Both the position numbers and the translations under genes were made by a program. From positions 1 through 48,933 of the forward strand of contig SFWW01000003.1 of the NCBI GenBank assembly GCA_004559845.1: DNA of 48,933 nucleotides. Direction: 5' to 3'. The DNA is from a bacterium (lineage in GTDB: Bacteria; Bacteroidota; Bacteroidia; Bacteroidales; Muribaculaceae). The notes under the pieces were generated by a model. It worked only from the letters and a program-made list of their open reading frames with translations, was not told where the DNA came from and did not search any database. This document shows positions 1 through 9,325 of this stretch, piece after piece (positions within the stretch are counted from its first letter, which is position 1; the number at the start of each line of letters is the position of its first letter).

Positions 1-66
1 CCCGATACGCATGTCGCATGGATGCTGCGACATGACAATGCGATTGTTTTCATTCAAATTAAACAT
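1..66 (-). CDS. tnpB: IS66 accessory protein TnpB/Orf2, N-terminal 22 aa (truncated by window edge; not the RNA-guided IS605 TnpB)
   Basis: Manual translation MFNLNENNRIVMSQHPCDMRIG matches the IS66 Orf2 N-terminal pattern MF.L....P.DMR.G. Absent from the ORF track. Confidence 0.75.
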   Translation of the reverse strand, partial: MFNLNENNRIVMSQHPCDMRIG

Positions 67-134
67 GGCGTTTTTGGTTGCAAAGTTCACAATCAAAAGC
101 GCCATTTAAAAGTCGGCTTGTTTCGGATGGTTAC
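1..134 (-). mobile_element. Left end of an IS66-family insertion sequence (rest lies outside the window)
   Basis: Minus strand from 134 reads GTAACCATCCGAAACAAGCCG (IS66 ends begin GTAA) and is followed 68 bp later by an IS66 Orf2-like start. Right end and target duplication are not visible. Confidence 0.7.
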
Positions 135-209
135 CTATTCACCGCCCTACTCCAATAAACACCATCCAGGTTCAGTAGCTGTGGTATGCGGCGGGGGGTA
201 TGACATACA

Positions 210-256
210 AACGGAGAAGCTACCGGATATGGGTGGGTAGCTTCTCCGTTATTTTT
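210..256. terminator. Perfect 15-bp hairpin, likely terminator of the efflux operon, possibly bidirectional
   Basis: AACGGAGAAGCTACC (210-224) / GGTAGCTTCTCCGTT (236-250), 11-nt loop, 50 bp past the MFS stop; T-run on + side. Confidence 0.75.
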
Positions 257-299
257 GGGTTAATGTTTTTGGTTAGAGGGTGTTAGTTGGGCAACACCG

Positions 300-1994
300 C
301 TATTTGAGGCCTAACTTTGAGGTATTTACATTTTTAAGGAAATAATCTCGAGTGAGGTATTTTAGTTTTCGTTTTCTCCACGGCAGTATCACTACCAGGA
401 TGGCGCATCCTATGCACAAATACACCGTCCATGCCGCCATTTCTTTCAGCGAAACGATGGTGGCTTGCACCTGTATTTTTCCTTTCACCGACATGGCAGC
501 CATATTCTGCGCTTCTGTTTCGGTTTTGCCTTGATACTGCATGCCGCGAACGGTTTGGTCGAAGGTATTCGCCACTTCTATGTTGGTGCGGTCGTAGTCT
601 TGTGCCAAGCGAGTGATATAGGTTTGCTGGCGCTGCTGGAGCACTTTGGTGTAGAGGGCAGAGCCGATGCAAGGTCCGATCACCATCCGCACGGTGAGCA
701 TGATGCACACCCAAGTGGATAGCATGCGATACGGCATACGCTGGTTTGCCATGGTGGAGATGAGCGAATAGAGCAGCATCATGCCTATGGAGCGAATCAT
801 CACCGGCCACTTCATGCGTTCATACATACCATCGGTTTGCACCTCAAAGAACATAAACAGCGCATACGCCCCAATGAAGAGGAATCCCAAGGCATACATC
901 CACTTCAGGTGAATTTTCTTTTTGGCGGCTATCACCGCAAAAATCACACCCGTGAAGTAGCCCACCATCACCCAGTTGCCTAAAGTGGCATTTTGCCAAT
1001 TGTCGATTTTCATACCCAATCCGGTGAACACGTTCACAAACATAGCACTGGAATTGGTAATCATCAGCAGCAAAAAGAGCAAAATGCCGAAATTAATGAC
1101 CCTCAGCCTAAACACCTCCATGATGAAATAGGGCGATTTGCGCGACATTTCCAAGTAGATGAATAGCAAGGTGAACACACCGCACACAATGGCAGAGATG
1201 CGGATCGACTCGTTGTCGAACCAATCGAGGGTGTTGCCAAACACCATCACATAGGCAAACGAGCACATCATGGTGCTAAACACCATCACATTGGCAAGTT
1301 TGGAGAAGGTGATGGGGAATTTGGGCATGGCATAAGGGTGATACGGCATGGTGAAAAACACGATGATGATGCCTGCCAGCATAAATGCCATCATAAAATA
1401 GTAAACGTATTGCCACTCGTAGGCATACGCCAGCCATGCGGTGAGCCAAGTGCTCAATTGCCCGATAATCATAAAAAAGCAGTAAATCACCGGTTGCGAC
1501 ACGGTTTTTTCGGCGTCCATAGCATCCCAACCCTCATCGGTGGTGGGTTCGTTGCCGGGAGTGATATTCTTGGTGGCTTCTATGCCGAAAGCATATCGGA
1601 TGAACACAAACAGGTGCGCCATCATGAGCGTTTGCCTCACAAAGCCCATGAGCAAACTGCACAACCCGAGCACAAAGAGCGAATCGGTTTGGGCACAAAT
1701 GTTGCTCAGCACAAAGAGGATGGCAAAGCCCATGAGCAACATCATCTTTTCGCGGCGGATGCACACCAGCTGATAGAAGAAAGGCGAAAAAGCCGCCATG
1801 CCTATCGAGGTGCAAAAGCCGGCAAACACGATGTATTCCGACTGGATGCCCAGCCCGCCTATCATTTCGCCGCTATTGGCGGAATACACGCCGCTCATCG
1901 ATATCATCGGCACAAAGAGCACAATCATAAAGATGATGCCGATAGGTTTGGGCACCCATTTAAAAAACGGATAGTTGCTATAATCTTCTGCCAT
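300..1994 (-). CDS. MFS efflux transporter, EmrB/DHA2-like inner-membrane component
   Basis: 564 aa with many hydrophobic helices and a long loop before the last TM; follows HlyD and TolC genes. Confidence 0.8.
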   Translation of the reverse strand: MAEDYSNYPFFKWVPKPIGIIFMIVLFVPMISMSGVYSANSGEMIGGLGIQSEYIVFAGFCTSIGMAAFSPFFYQLVCIRREKMMLLMGFAILFVLSNICAQTDSLFVLGLCSLLMGFVRQTLMMAHLFVFIRYAFGIEATKNITPGNEPTTDEGWDAMDAEKTVSQPVIYCFFMIIGQLSTWLTAWLAYAYEWQYVYYFMMAFMLAGIIIVFFTMPYHPYAMPKFPITFSKLANVMVFSTMMCSFAYVMVFGNTLDWFDNESIRISAIVCGVFTLLFIYLEMSRKSPYFIMEVFRLRVINFGILLFLLLMITNSSAMFVNVFTGLGMKIDNWQNATLGNWVMVGYFTGVIFAVIAAKKKIHLKWMYALGFLFIGAYALFMFFEVQTDGMYERMKWPVMIRSIGMMLLYSLISTMANQRMPYRMLSTWVCIMLTVRMVIGPCIGSALYTKVLQQRQQTYITRLAQDYDRTNIEVANTFDQTVRGMQYQGKTETEAQNMAAMSVKGKIQVQATIVSLKEMAAWTVYLCIGCAILVVILPWRKRKLKYLTRDYFLKNVNTSKLGLK

Positions 1995-1996
1995 GG

Positions 1997-3199
1997 CTAT
2001 TTCCGCCTATCGGTTTTCTCCGCTTTCACCACCACCATCATACCGGCAGCCAAGCGATTGTTGTCTTCTGCACTGAGGTTGGAAAAATCGATTCTCACCG
2101 GCACACGCTGCTGAATCTTCACAAAGTTGCCGGCAGAATTGTCGGTAGGCACGAGCGAATATTTGGAGCCGGTGGCACCTGAAATGGCGGTCACTGTGCC
2201 TTCAAACACCTTATTATCCAAGGCGTCGACCGTCATTCTCACCTTTTGTCCCACATGTAGATTTTCCACCTGTGTTTCTTTATAATTGGCAATCACCCAC
2301 TTCTGATTGTTGGGGATGATGTAGGTGATGGTGGTGCCGGAATTCACCATTTGTCCTTCTTCAATGGTGCGTCGCCCGAGTTTGCCATCGCAAGGAGCCA
2401 CCACCACGCAATAGGAAAGATTGAGTTTAGCCATTTCCACGGCAGCCTCGGCACGCTGAATGGCGGCAGCCACACTGCCACGGCGGGTGCTCACCTCGTT
2501 CACGCCCTTGTAGGCGGCTTCTTGTTGCTTTTTGGTGGCTTCAAGTTTTTTCTGAGTGGCTTCATATTCCACCTCCAATTGCTCCAATTGGATGGGAGTG
2601 GCAGCCTTATTAGCCACGAGGTTGCGATAGCGCTCAATATCTTTGGCGAGTTTGGCAAGTCGCACTTCAATTTCATCGATGGAAGCCGAGTACACCGAAG
2701 CGGATGTTTGTGTGGTTTGCTCAGAGGCATTAATCACATTACCGCTCGCCTTGGCATCTTTCAGGGCTGCTTCCGCTTCCATGAGTCGGATGCGATATTC
2801 ACGGTCGTCGAGAATGAGCAGAGTGTCGCCCTTGTGCACTTGTTGGTGCTCCTTAAAGCACACCTTAGCGATGTAACCCGAAGCGCGCAAGTTCACCGGA
2901 GCGATGTATTGCTCCACTTGGGCATCGTTGCAAGTTTCGGTAGCGGTGTAGTCGCGAAACACGCCCACCAATTTCCACAAGCCGTAAGCCAAAATGGCGA
3001 TACCCACCAAGCTCACCACCAAGCGCCTTCCGCGCAAGGGCTTGATATCTTTTTTCGTTACTACAGGCGCACCGGCATCACCGGCGGCAGTTTCTTCTGT
3101 CGGTGTATCTTTCTGATTATCCAGCACTTCAGGTGCTTCTTGCTGATTCACTTTTTGTTCAGGTGCTTCTTGAGCACTTTTCTTTTCTTTGCTTTCCAT
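1997..3199 (-). CDS. HlyD/EmrA-family membrane fusion protein
   Basis: N-terminal TM, lipoyl-like halves, coiled coil, SLVPTDNSAGNFVKIQQRVPVRI signature. Confidence 0.92.
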   Translation of the reverse strand: MESKEKKSAQEAPEQKVNQQEAPEVLDNQKDTPTEETAAGDAGAPVVTKKDIKPLRGRRLVVSLVGIAILAYGLWKLVGVFRDYTATETCNDAQVEQYIAPVNLRASGYIAKVCFKEHQQVHKGDTLLILDDREYRIRLMEAEAALKDAKASGNVINASEQTTQTSASVYSASIDEIEVRLAKLAKDIERYRNLVANKAATPIQLEQLEVEYEATQKKLEATKKQQEAAYKGVNEVSTRRGSVAAAIQRAEAAVEMAKLNLSYCVVVAPCDGKLGRRTIEEGQMVNSGTTITYIIPNNQKWVIANYKETQVENLHVGQKVRMTVDALDNKVFEGTVTAISGATGSKYSLVPTDNSAGNFVKIQQRVPVRIDFSNLSAEDNNRLAAGMMVVVKAEKTDRRK

Positions 3200-3282
3200 A
3201 TATCAATATATTTTATTTTAGTCAATGATTCATATCGCCATCATTTCCGCAAAAAAATCTAACTGTAGCAGCCATCCAACGG

Positions 3283-4602
3283 CTATTTCAGTTGGTGTAA
3301 TTGCCCGGTGAGTTTGAGCAGCGAGAGATTCGCCACTTTATATTTATAGAATGCGGTAAGGTAGTTGTTCATCGCTTCGCTAATGCGCATTTCGTCTTGT
3401 AGCACCACGCTCATAGAGGTCACGCCTTCTTTATATTGATAGGCGGTAACACTATACACCTCTTGAGCGAGTGCATAGTTGTCGAATTGCTTTTTGTAAT
3501 TGCGCCGGCAGTTGGTGAGTTCGCTCAGAGCGTTGGCATAATTGGCTTGAAAATTTTTGAGCGCATTTTCATAGTCGAGTCGTGCGGTTTCTTCTTCAGC
3601 TTTCGCCTTTTTGATTTTTGCACGCTTTCCGAACCCATCAAAAATAGGCACTCTCACCTGAATGCCAATGCCATTGGAGCCATACCAATGGTTGGATTCG
3701 CTTGAGCGGAACCAATTTTCAAACTTATCGGTGTAGGACGAATACATCAAATTGCCGGTGAGGTTCACGGTGGGCAGATAGCTATCTTTGGTGAGCTTGG
3801 TTTGCTTTTCGGCAAGTGCTTGCTTTTGCTCCAAAAGTTGGAGTTCATACAGGTTGGTGTTCAGCCCGGTGGCATTCACGTCTTCAATCTGCCCCGGATT
3901 CACTTCCGTTACTCTGATAGCCTTTTCTGCCGGATAATCGATGATAAATTTGAGCATCGTGTATTGCTGCTCCAGCATAGCGAGGGCATTGTCGCGCTGC
4001 ACGGTGAGTTCTTCAATATTGAAACTCACGCGCTTCACATCCACCTCAAGGCTCATCTGATTGTCGTAGAACGCTTGGCTGATATCCCTCAGTTCCTCCA
4101 TGCGCTTGATATTATCGTTCACCAAGCGAATTTGCTCTAAGGTGTTTTGCGCCAAATAGTAGGTTTGAGCGGTTTGCACCATAATGTCTTCGCGCGCTTT
4201 CTCATACGATAGTTCATTGAGTCGGTCGGCAATTTTCGCCACTTCAATCGCCGTGCGCGCCATCTGATTATAGAGTGGCATTTGCAATTGGAGCCCAATG
4301 GCAGCATTATATTGAAGTGTTTTTGTCACATTATACTGCTTGCCGTAGGCAGTGCCATCGGTCACCGACACCGGTGGAGCAAAATTATCGTTCACCTGTG
4401 CCACTGCATTAATTTGAGGCAACAATTTTGCTTGATTCTCACTAATGGTGATTTTCCCTTTTGCCATCTCGTTGCGGCTCTTCTGCAGCGACAGGTTATT
4501 GTCCACAGCCATCTGCAAGCATTGGCTCAAGGTGAGTGTTTCTTGTGCTGCAAGTGAAGTAACAGCGCCGAAAGCCAAACATAAATAAACTACAAATTTC
4601 AT
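3283..4602 (-). CDS. TolC-family outer membrane efflux protein
   Basis: Signal peptide, LTLSQCLQMAVDNN start, two OEP repeats (QLQMPLYN, QVRVPIFDG). Confidence 0.92.
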   Translation of the reverse strand: MKFVVYLCLAFGAVTSLAAQETLTLSQCLQMAVDNNLSLQKSRNEMAKGKITISENQAKLLPQINAVAQVNDNFAPPVSVTDGTAYGKQYNVTKTLQYNAAIGLQLQMPLYNQMARTAIEVAKIADRLNELSYEKAREDIMVQTAQTYYLAQNTLEQIRLVNDNIKRMEELRDISQAFYDNQMSLEVDVKRVSFNIEELTVQRDNALAMLEQQYTMLKFIIDYPAEKAIRVTEVNPGQIEDVNATGLNTNLYELQLLEQKQALAEKQTKLTKDSYLPTVNLTGNLMYSSYTDKFENWFRSSESNHWYGSNGIGIQVRVPIFDGFGKRAKIKKAKAEEETARLDYENALKNFQANYANALSELTNCRRNYKKQFDNYALAQEVYSVTAYQYKEGVTSMSVVLQDEMRISEAMNNYLTAFYKYKVANLSLLKLTGQLHQLK

Positions 4603-4726
4603 TTCCTTTTCTCTGTTACAATATTATCAATTGATGATTCATTTGCGGGCGTCGGCAGCTCTCTTTCTTTCTCAAGCAGTGGGCGGCATCACACGGCAAA
4701 TGGTTGCGAAATTTTCACAACTGGTG

Positions 4727-4734
4727 CAAAAGTA
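4727..4734 (-). promoter_or_regulatory. Bacteroidetes -7 promoter element for the efflux operon
   Basis: TACTTTTG on minus strand fits TAnnTTTG, 125 bp upstream of tolC. Confidence 0.55.
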
Positions 4735-4883
4735 TAAAAAAACACGCAGAATTATAGCCCTCCGTTAAATATCAACCATACGGAGGGAGATTTGGACAAA
4801 TTATTCACCTTATTTCGCCATTCCACCCGCCTTTTGGGAATCAATCCGCACACTATGAAGGTCCATAGCGATGGATGCGATTT

Positions 4884-4914
4884 TTTGCAAATCAATAATT
4901 TATTTGTATTTTTG
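4884..4914 (+). promoter_or_regulatory. Bacteroidetes sigma-A promoter (-33/-7) for the first GDPD gene
   Basis: TTTG (4884-4887), 19-nt spacer, TATTTTTG (4907-4914). Confidence 0.7.
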
Positions 4915-4956
4915 TGAAGCCTAAAAGCTAAATACAGAATCTAACAACAATCTACT

Positions 4957-6897
4957 ATGAGAAATTTATTTTTGATTTTCGCTTTGCTATGCATGGCAGA
5001 ACAGGCGCTGGCATGGAAACCGATTTTTGTGGGACATCGCGGATGCTATCGCGGTGTGGAAAACACTGCCGAGGCTTTCCGCCTGGGTGTTGACGAATAC
5101 GGCTACACCGGTCTGGAATGCGATGTGCGTGTCACCAAGGATGGCTATTTCGTGATTTCACACGACGAAACCACCAACCGCTTAGGCGGCAATCTCACTG
5201 TGGCTAATGCCACTTTGGCTGAACTGCAAGCCGAAACCTATACGCAAACGCGCGGTGGTATCACCTATACGGGCACCATTTGCACCATGGAGGAGTACCT
5301 TGATATTTGCGTTGAGAAAAATGCGTTCCCGGTGATTGAGCTCAAGTGGGCCACGGGGCTCAACAACAGCGATATGAGCAATTTCCCTCGCCTTGCAGCG
5401 CTTATCACCGAAAAGGGTCTCGCCGATAAAGTGGTGATTCTCACCAGTATGCAAAAGTCGGTGGAATATGTGAGCAAAAATTATCCCCAATTTCAATGCC
5501 AGTGGCTCTGCGCAGCCAATTGGGCAAGCAATGAGGGATGGTGCCGAGCATTCAAAGCCAATCCGAGCATTCAAGCGGGCTACTTTGATATAGAAACGGT
5601 GAACACCTTTCGCCGCTATGGCTTGAAGGTGGCAGTGTGGACCGTCGACTCGGAAGCCAACTATAAGAAATACGGCAACATGGGCGTGTATATGATGACG
5701 TGCAACTATTTGCGACCCGAACAAATGCAAGAGCTCGACAGCATTGATTGGAGCAATGTGGGCAACACGCCCGACCCTTTGCCACTGAAGTGCGACACCA
5801 TATATAGCTTTTCGCAATACAAAGGCAATTTACCCGAAAATTTCCCCCATCGCAATGCCAAAAATAGTGCTTACAACACTGCCATGCAAACTGCCTTGGT
5901 GGATGGAGTGCTCTACACCAACGACTGCAAAACCCACACCATGCTGGCTTTCGGACCGCATGGACAGGTGGATAGCAAATTTGACGGCACCAATGGCACG
6001 GGCATCTGCACCGACGATGCCGGCAATCTGATTGTGCGTGCCGACAGCATGACCACCACCCCTTCTCGCTTGGTCATCTACCCCAAGGGCAGCACCACTG
6101 CCACCAAAGTGGATTTCTCGTTGCTCCACAACGGACAAACCTATTTCATCAGCGCCAGCGGTGACGTGATGAGCCAAGAGGGAGGATATGTGTATTTCCT
6201 GTCGAAAGGGCAAACGCGTGCCAATGTGGTAAAAATCACAGCGGGCACCTTTGCCGGCACCACTGCCAGCGACTCACTGAGCGCCACCGGCATGAACACG
6301 AGCCTCATTGTGCCCCTCAACAACGACCCCAACCATTTCATCTACCAAGTGCGCACCTCGGGCATTTATCGCTACGAGCAAGGCGATAGCGGGGTGTATA
6401 TCACCGGCAATAGCGGCACCTATCCCCCGGCACGCAACACCAGTGTGGGAAGTATGCAATTCTCGCTTGCCGGACACACGCTCTTTGTGCACCCATCAAG
6501 CAACAACTACAATGGCGGATTCACCATCAAAGACCTTACCTCCGACCAAATAGACGTGCTGAATGTGGGCGACTTTGGCAATGGCGGGCTGGCATCCAAC
6601 CTTTCCACGGGGAGCTTCTACCACATTGAGCCTATCGACGATAACCACTGCTATCTCTATGCCTACACCATGGGGAACGGCTATGCCAAATACCTACTCT
6701 ATGTGGGCGAACCGCTGCCTTCCGAACTACTGGGCGACGTGAACGCCGACGGTGAGGTGAATGTGAGCGATGTAACCGCATTGGTAAACAAAATTTTAGG
6801 CTCTGCCGATTTCTCCGATGCCGACTGCGATATCAATGCCGATGCAGAAATCAATGTAACCGACGTAACCGCCCTGGTTAACCTTATCCTCAACTAA
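4957..6897 (+). CDS. Secreted glycerophosphodiester phosphodiesterase-family protein with beta-rich middle region and C-terminal dockerin-like domain
   Basis: Signal peptide (ALA/W); GHRG, ENT, ECDV, ISHD, IELK, WTVD motifs; C-terminal duplicated GDVNADGEVNVSDVTALVN / DINADAEINVTDVTALVN. Confidence 0.88.
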   Translation: MRNLFLIFALLCMAEQALAWKPIFVGHRGCYRGVENTAEAFRLGVDEYGYTGLECDVRVTKDGYFVISHDETTNRLGGNLTVANATLAELQAETYTQTRGGITYTGTICTMEEYLDICVEKNAFPVIELKWATGLNNSDMSNFPRLAALITEKGLADKVVILTSMQKSVEYVSKNYPQFQCQWLCAANWASNEGWCRAFKANPSIQAGYFDIETVNTFRRYGLKVAVWTVDSEANYKKYGNMGVYMMTCNYLRPEQMQELDSIDWSNVGNTPDPLPLKCDTIYSFSQYKGNLPENFPHRNAKNSAYNTAMQTALVDGVLYTNDCKTHTMLAFGPHGQVDSKFDGTNGTGICTDDAGNLIVRADSMTTTPSRLVIYPKGSTTATKVDFSLLHNGQTYFISASGDVMSQEGGYVYFLSKGQTRANVVKITAGTFAGTTASDSLSATGMNTSLIVPLNNDPNHFIYQVRTSGIYRYEQGDSGVYITGNSGTYPPARNTSVGSMQFSLAGHTLFVHPSSNNYNGGFTIKDLTSDQIDVLNVGDFGNGGLASNLSTGSFYHIEPIDDNHCYLYAYTMGNGYAKYLLYVGEPLPSELLGDVNADGEVNVSDVTALVNKILGSADFSDADCDINADAEINVTDVTALVNLILN

Positions 6898-6956
6898 AGC
6901 AACTGCGGATGCTACACAAATCGTGCACGCTGCGCTTTCATTTAAAATGTTTTTGC

Positions 6957-6964
6957 TAACTTTG
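6957..6964 (+). promoter_or_regulatory. -7 promoter element for dpp5
   Basis: TAACTTTG 68 bp upstream of the ATG. Confidence 0.55.
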
Positions 6965-7031
6965 CATCACATTTTTATATCCGAAACCCAACAAAGAATA
7001 ATAACAACAAATAAAAAAAACGCTACAATTT

Positions 7032-9065
7032 ATGAATTTTGTAAAACCTCTACTAATGGCTTCATTAATGGCTGCGACCTCGCTCGGCGCTTCAGCTGCA
7101 AAGTTCACCCCGGAGCTGCTCAATAGCCTCGGCCGTGTGAGCGATGCGCAAGTGTCGCCCGATGCTTCAAAGGTGCTCTATGGTGTGAGCACGCCAAACA
7201 TAGAAAACAACAACAGCAACCGCGAATTGTGGGTGATGGACATTGACGGCAAAAATGCCGTACAAATCACACACACCGCTAAAAGCGAAACCAATGCCGT
7301 GTGGATGGATGGGGGCAAAAAAATTGCCTTCGCCTATCCCAATGCCGATGGCGTGAACCAAATGTGGGTGATGGATGCCGATGGCTCCAACCGCAAATGC
7401 GTATCCAATTTGGAAAAAGACATTGAGGGATTCGTGTTGAGTCCGGATGAGAAAAAGGTGATTATCATTTCCACCGTGAAATATGGCGAAACCACACAAG
7501 ACCGCTACCCCGACTTGCCCAAATCCGACGGACGCATCATCGACGATTTAATGTATCGCCATTGGAATGAATGGACTGCCGAAATTCCCCATCCCTTTGT
7601 GGCTGACTTTAATGGAGATGAAGTGAGCAATGTGAAAGATGTGCTCGAAGGCACACAATTCGAATCGCCTATGCGCCCTTGGGGCGGCGTGGAGCAATTG
7701 GCTTGGCTTCCCGACGGCAAGAGCATACTCTATGTGTGCCGCAAAAAAACCGGAAAAGACTATGCCGTATCGACCAATAGCGACATCTATCAATACGATA
7801 TCGCCACCGGAGCCACCAAAAATCTCACCGAAGGAATGATGGGCTACGACAATAATCCTATCGTGTCGAAAAGCGGCAAAATCGCTTGGCTTTCGATGGA
7901 ACACGATGGATATGAAGCCGACAAAAACCGCATCTTCCTGCTCGACAATGGCAAGAAAACCGACCTCACCGCCAATTGGGACTACAGCGTGGATTTCATC
8001 ACTTGGTCGCCCGATGAAAAATACATCTACTTTATCTGCGCCTACCAAGGCACGATGCCCATTTTCCGATTGAATGTTGCCACACAAAAAGTGGAACAAG
8101 TGGCTGGCGGTCAATACGACTACGATGGCCTTCAATTTGCCGGAAAAGACTTGATGATTACGTGCCGACACTCTTTCCTTGAACCCAACGAGGTGTACAG
8201 CTTTAAGGCCGGCAAAGAACCGGTAAGGCTCTCCCACATCACTGCGCCCATTATGGACTCTCTCGGCGATGTGAAATGCCAAAAGGTGATGGTGCCCACC
8301 ACCGATGGCAAAATGATGACCACTTGGGTGCTCCTCCCGCCTAACTTCGACCCCAACAAAAAGTATCCTTCGCTACTCTTCTGTGAAGGAGGACCGCAAT
8401 CGCCGGTGAGCCAATTCTGGAGCTATCGATGGAATTTGCGCATCATGGCGGAAAACGGCTATGTGGTAATCGCACCCAACCGCCGCGGATTGCCCGGTTT
8501 CGGCACCGAATGGAATGCACAAATCTCGGGCGATTATGCCGGACAATGTATGAACGACTACCTTAGCGCAGCCGACTATATGAAACAGCAACCCTACATC
8601 GATGGCGATTGCATGGGAGCCGTGGGAGCAAGTTTTGGCGGATATTCCGTTTACTGGCTCGCAGGCAACCACAATAAGCGATTTGCTTGCTTCCTGTCGC
8701 ACGCAGGCATCTTCGACCTTCGCGCACAATATTGCGAAACCGAAGAAATGTGGTTCGTGAATTGGGACCTCGGGGGCGCTCCCTGGGAAAAAGACAATGA
8801 GGTGGCTATGCGCAGCTATCGCGACGCCGACCCCAAAAATTTCGTACAAAACTGGGATACCCCCATTTTGGTGGTGACCGGCGAAAACGATTTCCGCATC
8901 TCTTATAGCCAAACCATGCAAGCCTTCAATGCTGCCAAAATGCGGGGCATCCCCGCGCGAATGGTGCTCTTCCCCAGCGAATGTCACTGGGTGACCAAGC
9001 CACAAAACAGCATCCTTTGGCAACGCGAATATTTCCGTTGGCTCGACCAATGGCTCAAAAAATAA
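7032..9065 (+). CDS. dpp5: S9-family serine peptidase, dipeptidyl-peptidase 5-like
   Basis: Signal peptide, beta-propeller, GGPQ, GASFGG nucleophile, DFRI and ECHWV catalytic Asp/His; C-terminus resembles Porphyromonas DPP5. Confidence 0.88.
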   Translation: MNFVKPLLMASLMAATSLGASAAKFTPELLNSLGRVSDAQVSPDASKVLYGVSTPNIENNNSNRELWVMDIDGKNAVQITHTAKSETNAVWMDGGKKIAFAYPNADGVNQMWVMDADGSNRKCVSNLEKDIEGFVLSPDEKKVIIISTVKYGETTQDRYPDLPKSDGRIIDDLMYRHWNEWTAEIPHPFVADFNGDEVSNVKDVLEGTQFESPMRPWGGVEQLAWLPDGKSILYVCRKKTGKDYAVSTNSDIYQYDIATGATKNLTEGMMGYDNNPIVSKSGKIAWLSMEHDGYEADKNRIFLLDNGKKTDLTANWDYSVDFITWSPDEKYIYFICAYQGTMPIFRLNVATQKVEQVAGGQYDYDGLQFAGKDLMITCRHSFLEPNEVYSFKAGKEPVRLSHITAPIMDSLGDVKCQKVMVPTTDGKMMTTWVLLPPNFDPNKKYPSLLFCEGGPQSPVSQFWSYRWNLRIMAENGYVVIAPNRRGLPGFGTEWNAQISGDYAGQCMNDYLSAADYMKQQPYIDGDCMGAVGASFGGYSVYWLAGNHNKRFACFLSHAGIFDLRAQYCETEEMWFVNWDLGGAPWEKDNEVAMRSYRDADPKNFVQNWDTPILVVTGENDFRISYSQTMQAFNAAKMRGIPARMVLFPSECHWVTKPQNSILWQREYFRWLDQWLKK

Positions 9066-9134
9066 TTTTTCAAGAAATTAGAAGTTAGAGCCTCAAAGTG
9101 CCCCAATCACTCCGAGTGCTCCAAGAATCCCCAT

Positions 9135-9170
9135 AAGAGGGCCGCAAAACCAAGCGGCTCTCTTTTTTTT
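9135..9170 (+). terminator. Intrinsic terminator after dpp5
   Basis: AAGAGGGCCGC-AAAACCAA-GCGGCTCTCTT then T-run. Confidence 0.85.
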
Positions 9171-9199
9171 ACCCCACTTTTGCAAAAAACCACATTCAT

Positions 9200-9233
9200 T
9201 TTGCTTTCAAAAGAACTTTATTTTCTATATTTG
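9200..9233 (+). promoter_or_regulatory. Promoter for SatD-DUF3307
   Basis: TTTG (9200-9203) and TATATTTG (9226-9233). Confidence 0.65.
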
Positions 9234-9308
9234 CAAGTGAAATAGCTTGCATTTTACAAATACAAGTGAAAATACTTGTATTTTAAACAAACAAGCCAAA
9301 AAACTTGT
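9233..9308. promoter_or_regulatory. Three tandem palindromic operator-like sites CAAG-N8-CTTG, 29-bp period
   Basis: CAAG at 9234, 9263 and 9292, each followed 8 nt later by CTTG; central copy has 10-bp arms AAATACAAGT/ACTTGTATTT. Confidence 0.8.
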
Positions 9309-9325
9309 AAAAAATAAGAAACATT

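Noticed and set aside
1..66. RNA-guided TnpB nuclease
   Set aside because: Sequence matches IS66 Orf2, which only shares the name.
22..240. 72-aa plus-strand ORF
   Set aside because: Runs antisense across the IS66 end and into a terminator hairpin; no recognisable motif.
9233..9308. 29-bp periodic palindromes as mini-CRISPR or iterons
   Set aside because: Units are 16-bp dyads with variable centres and only 13-bp gaps; no cas or rep gene. Operator array fits better.
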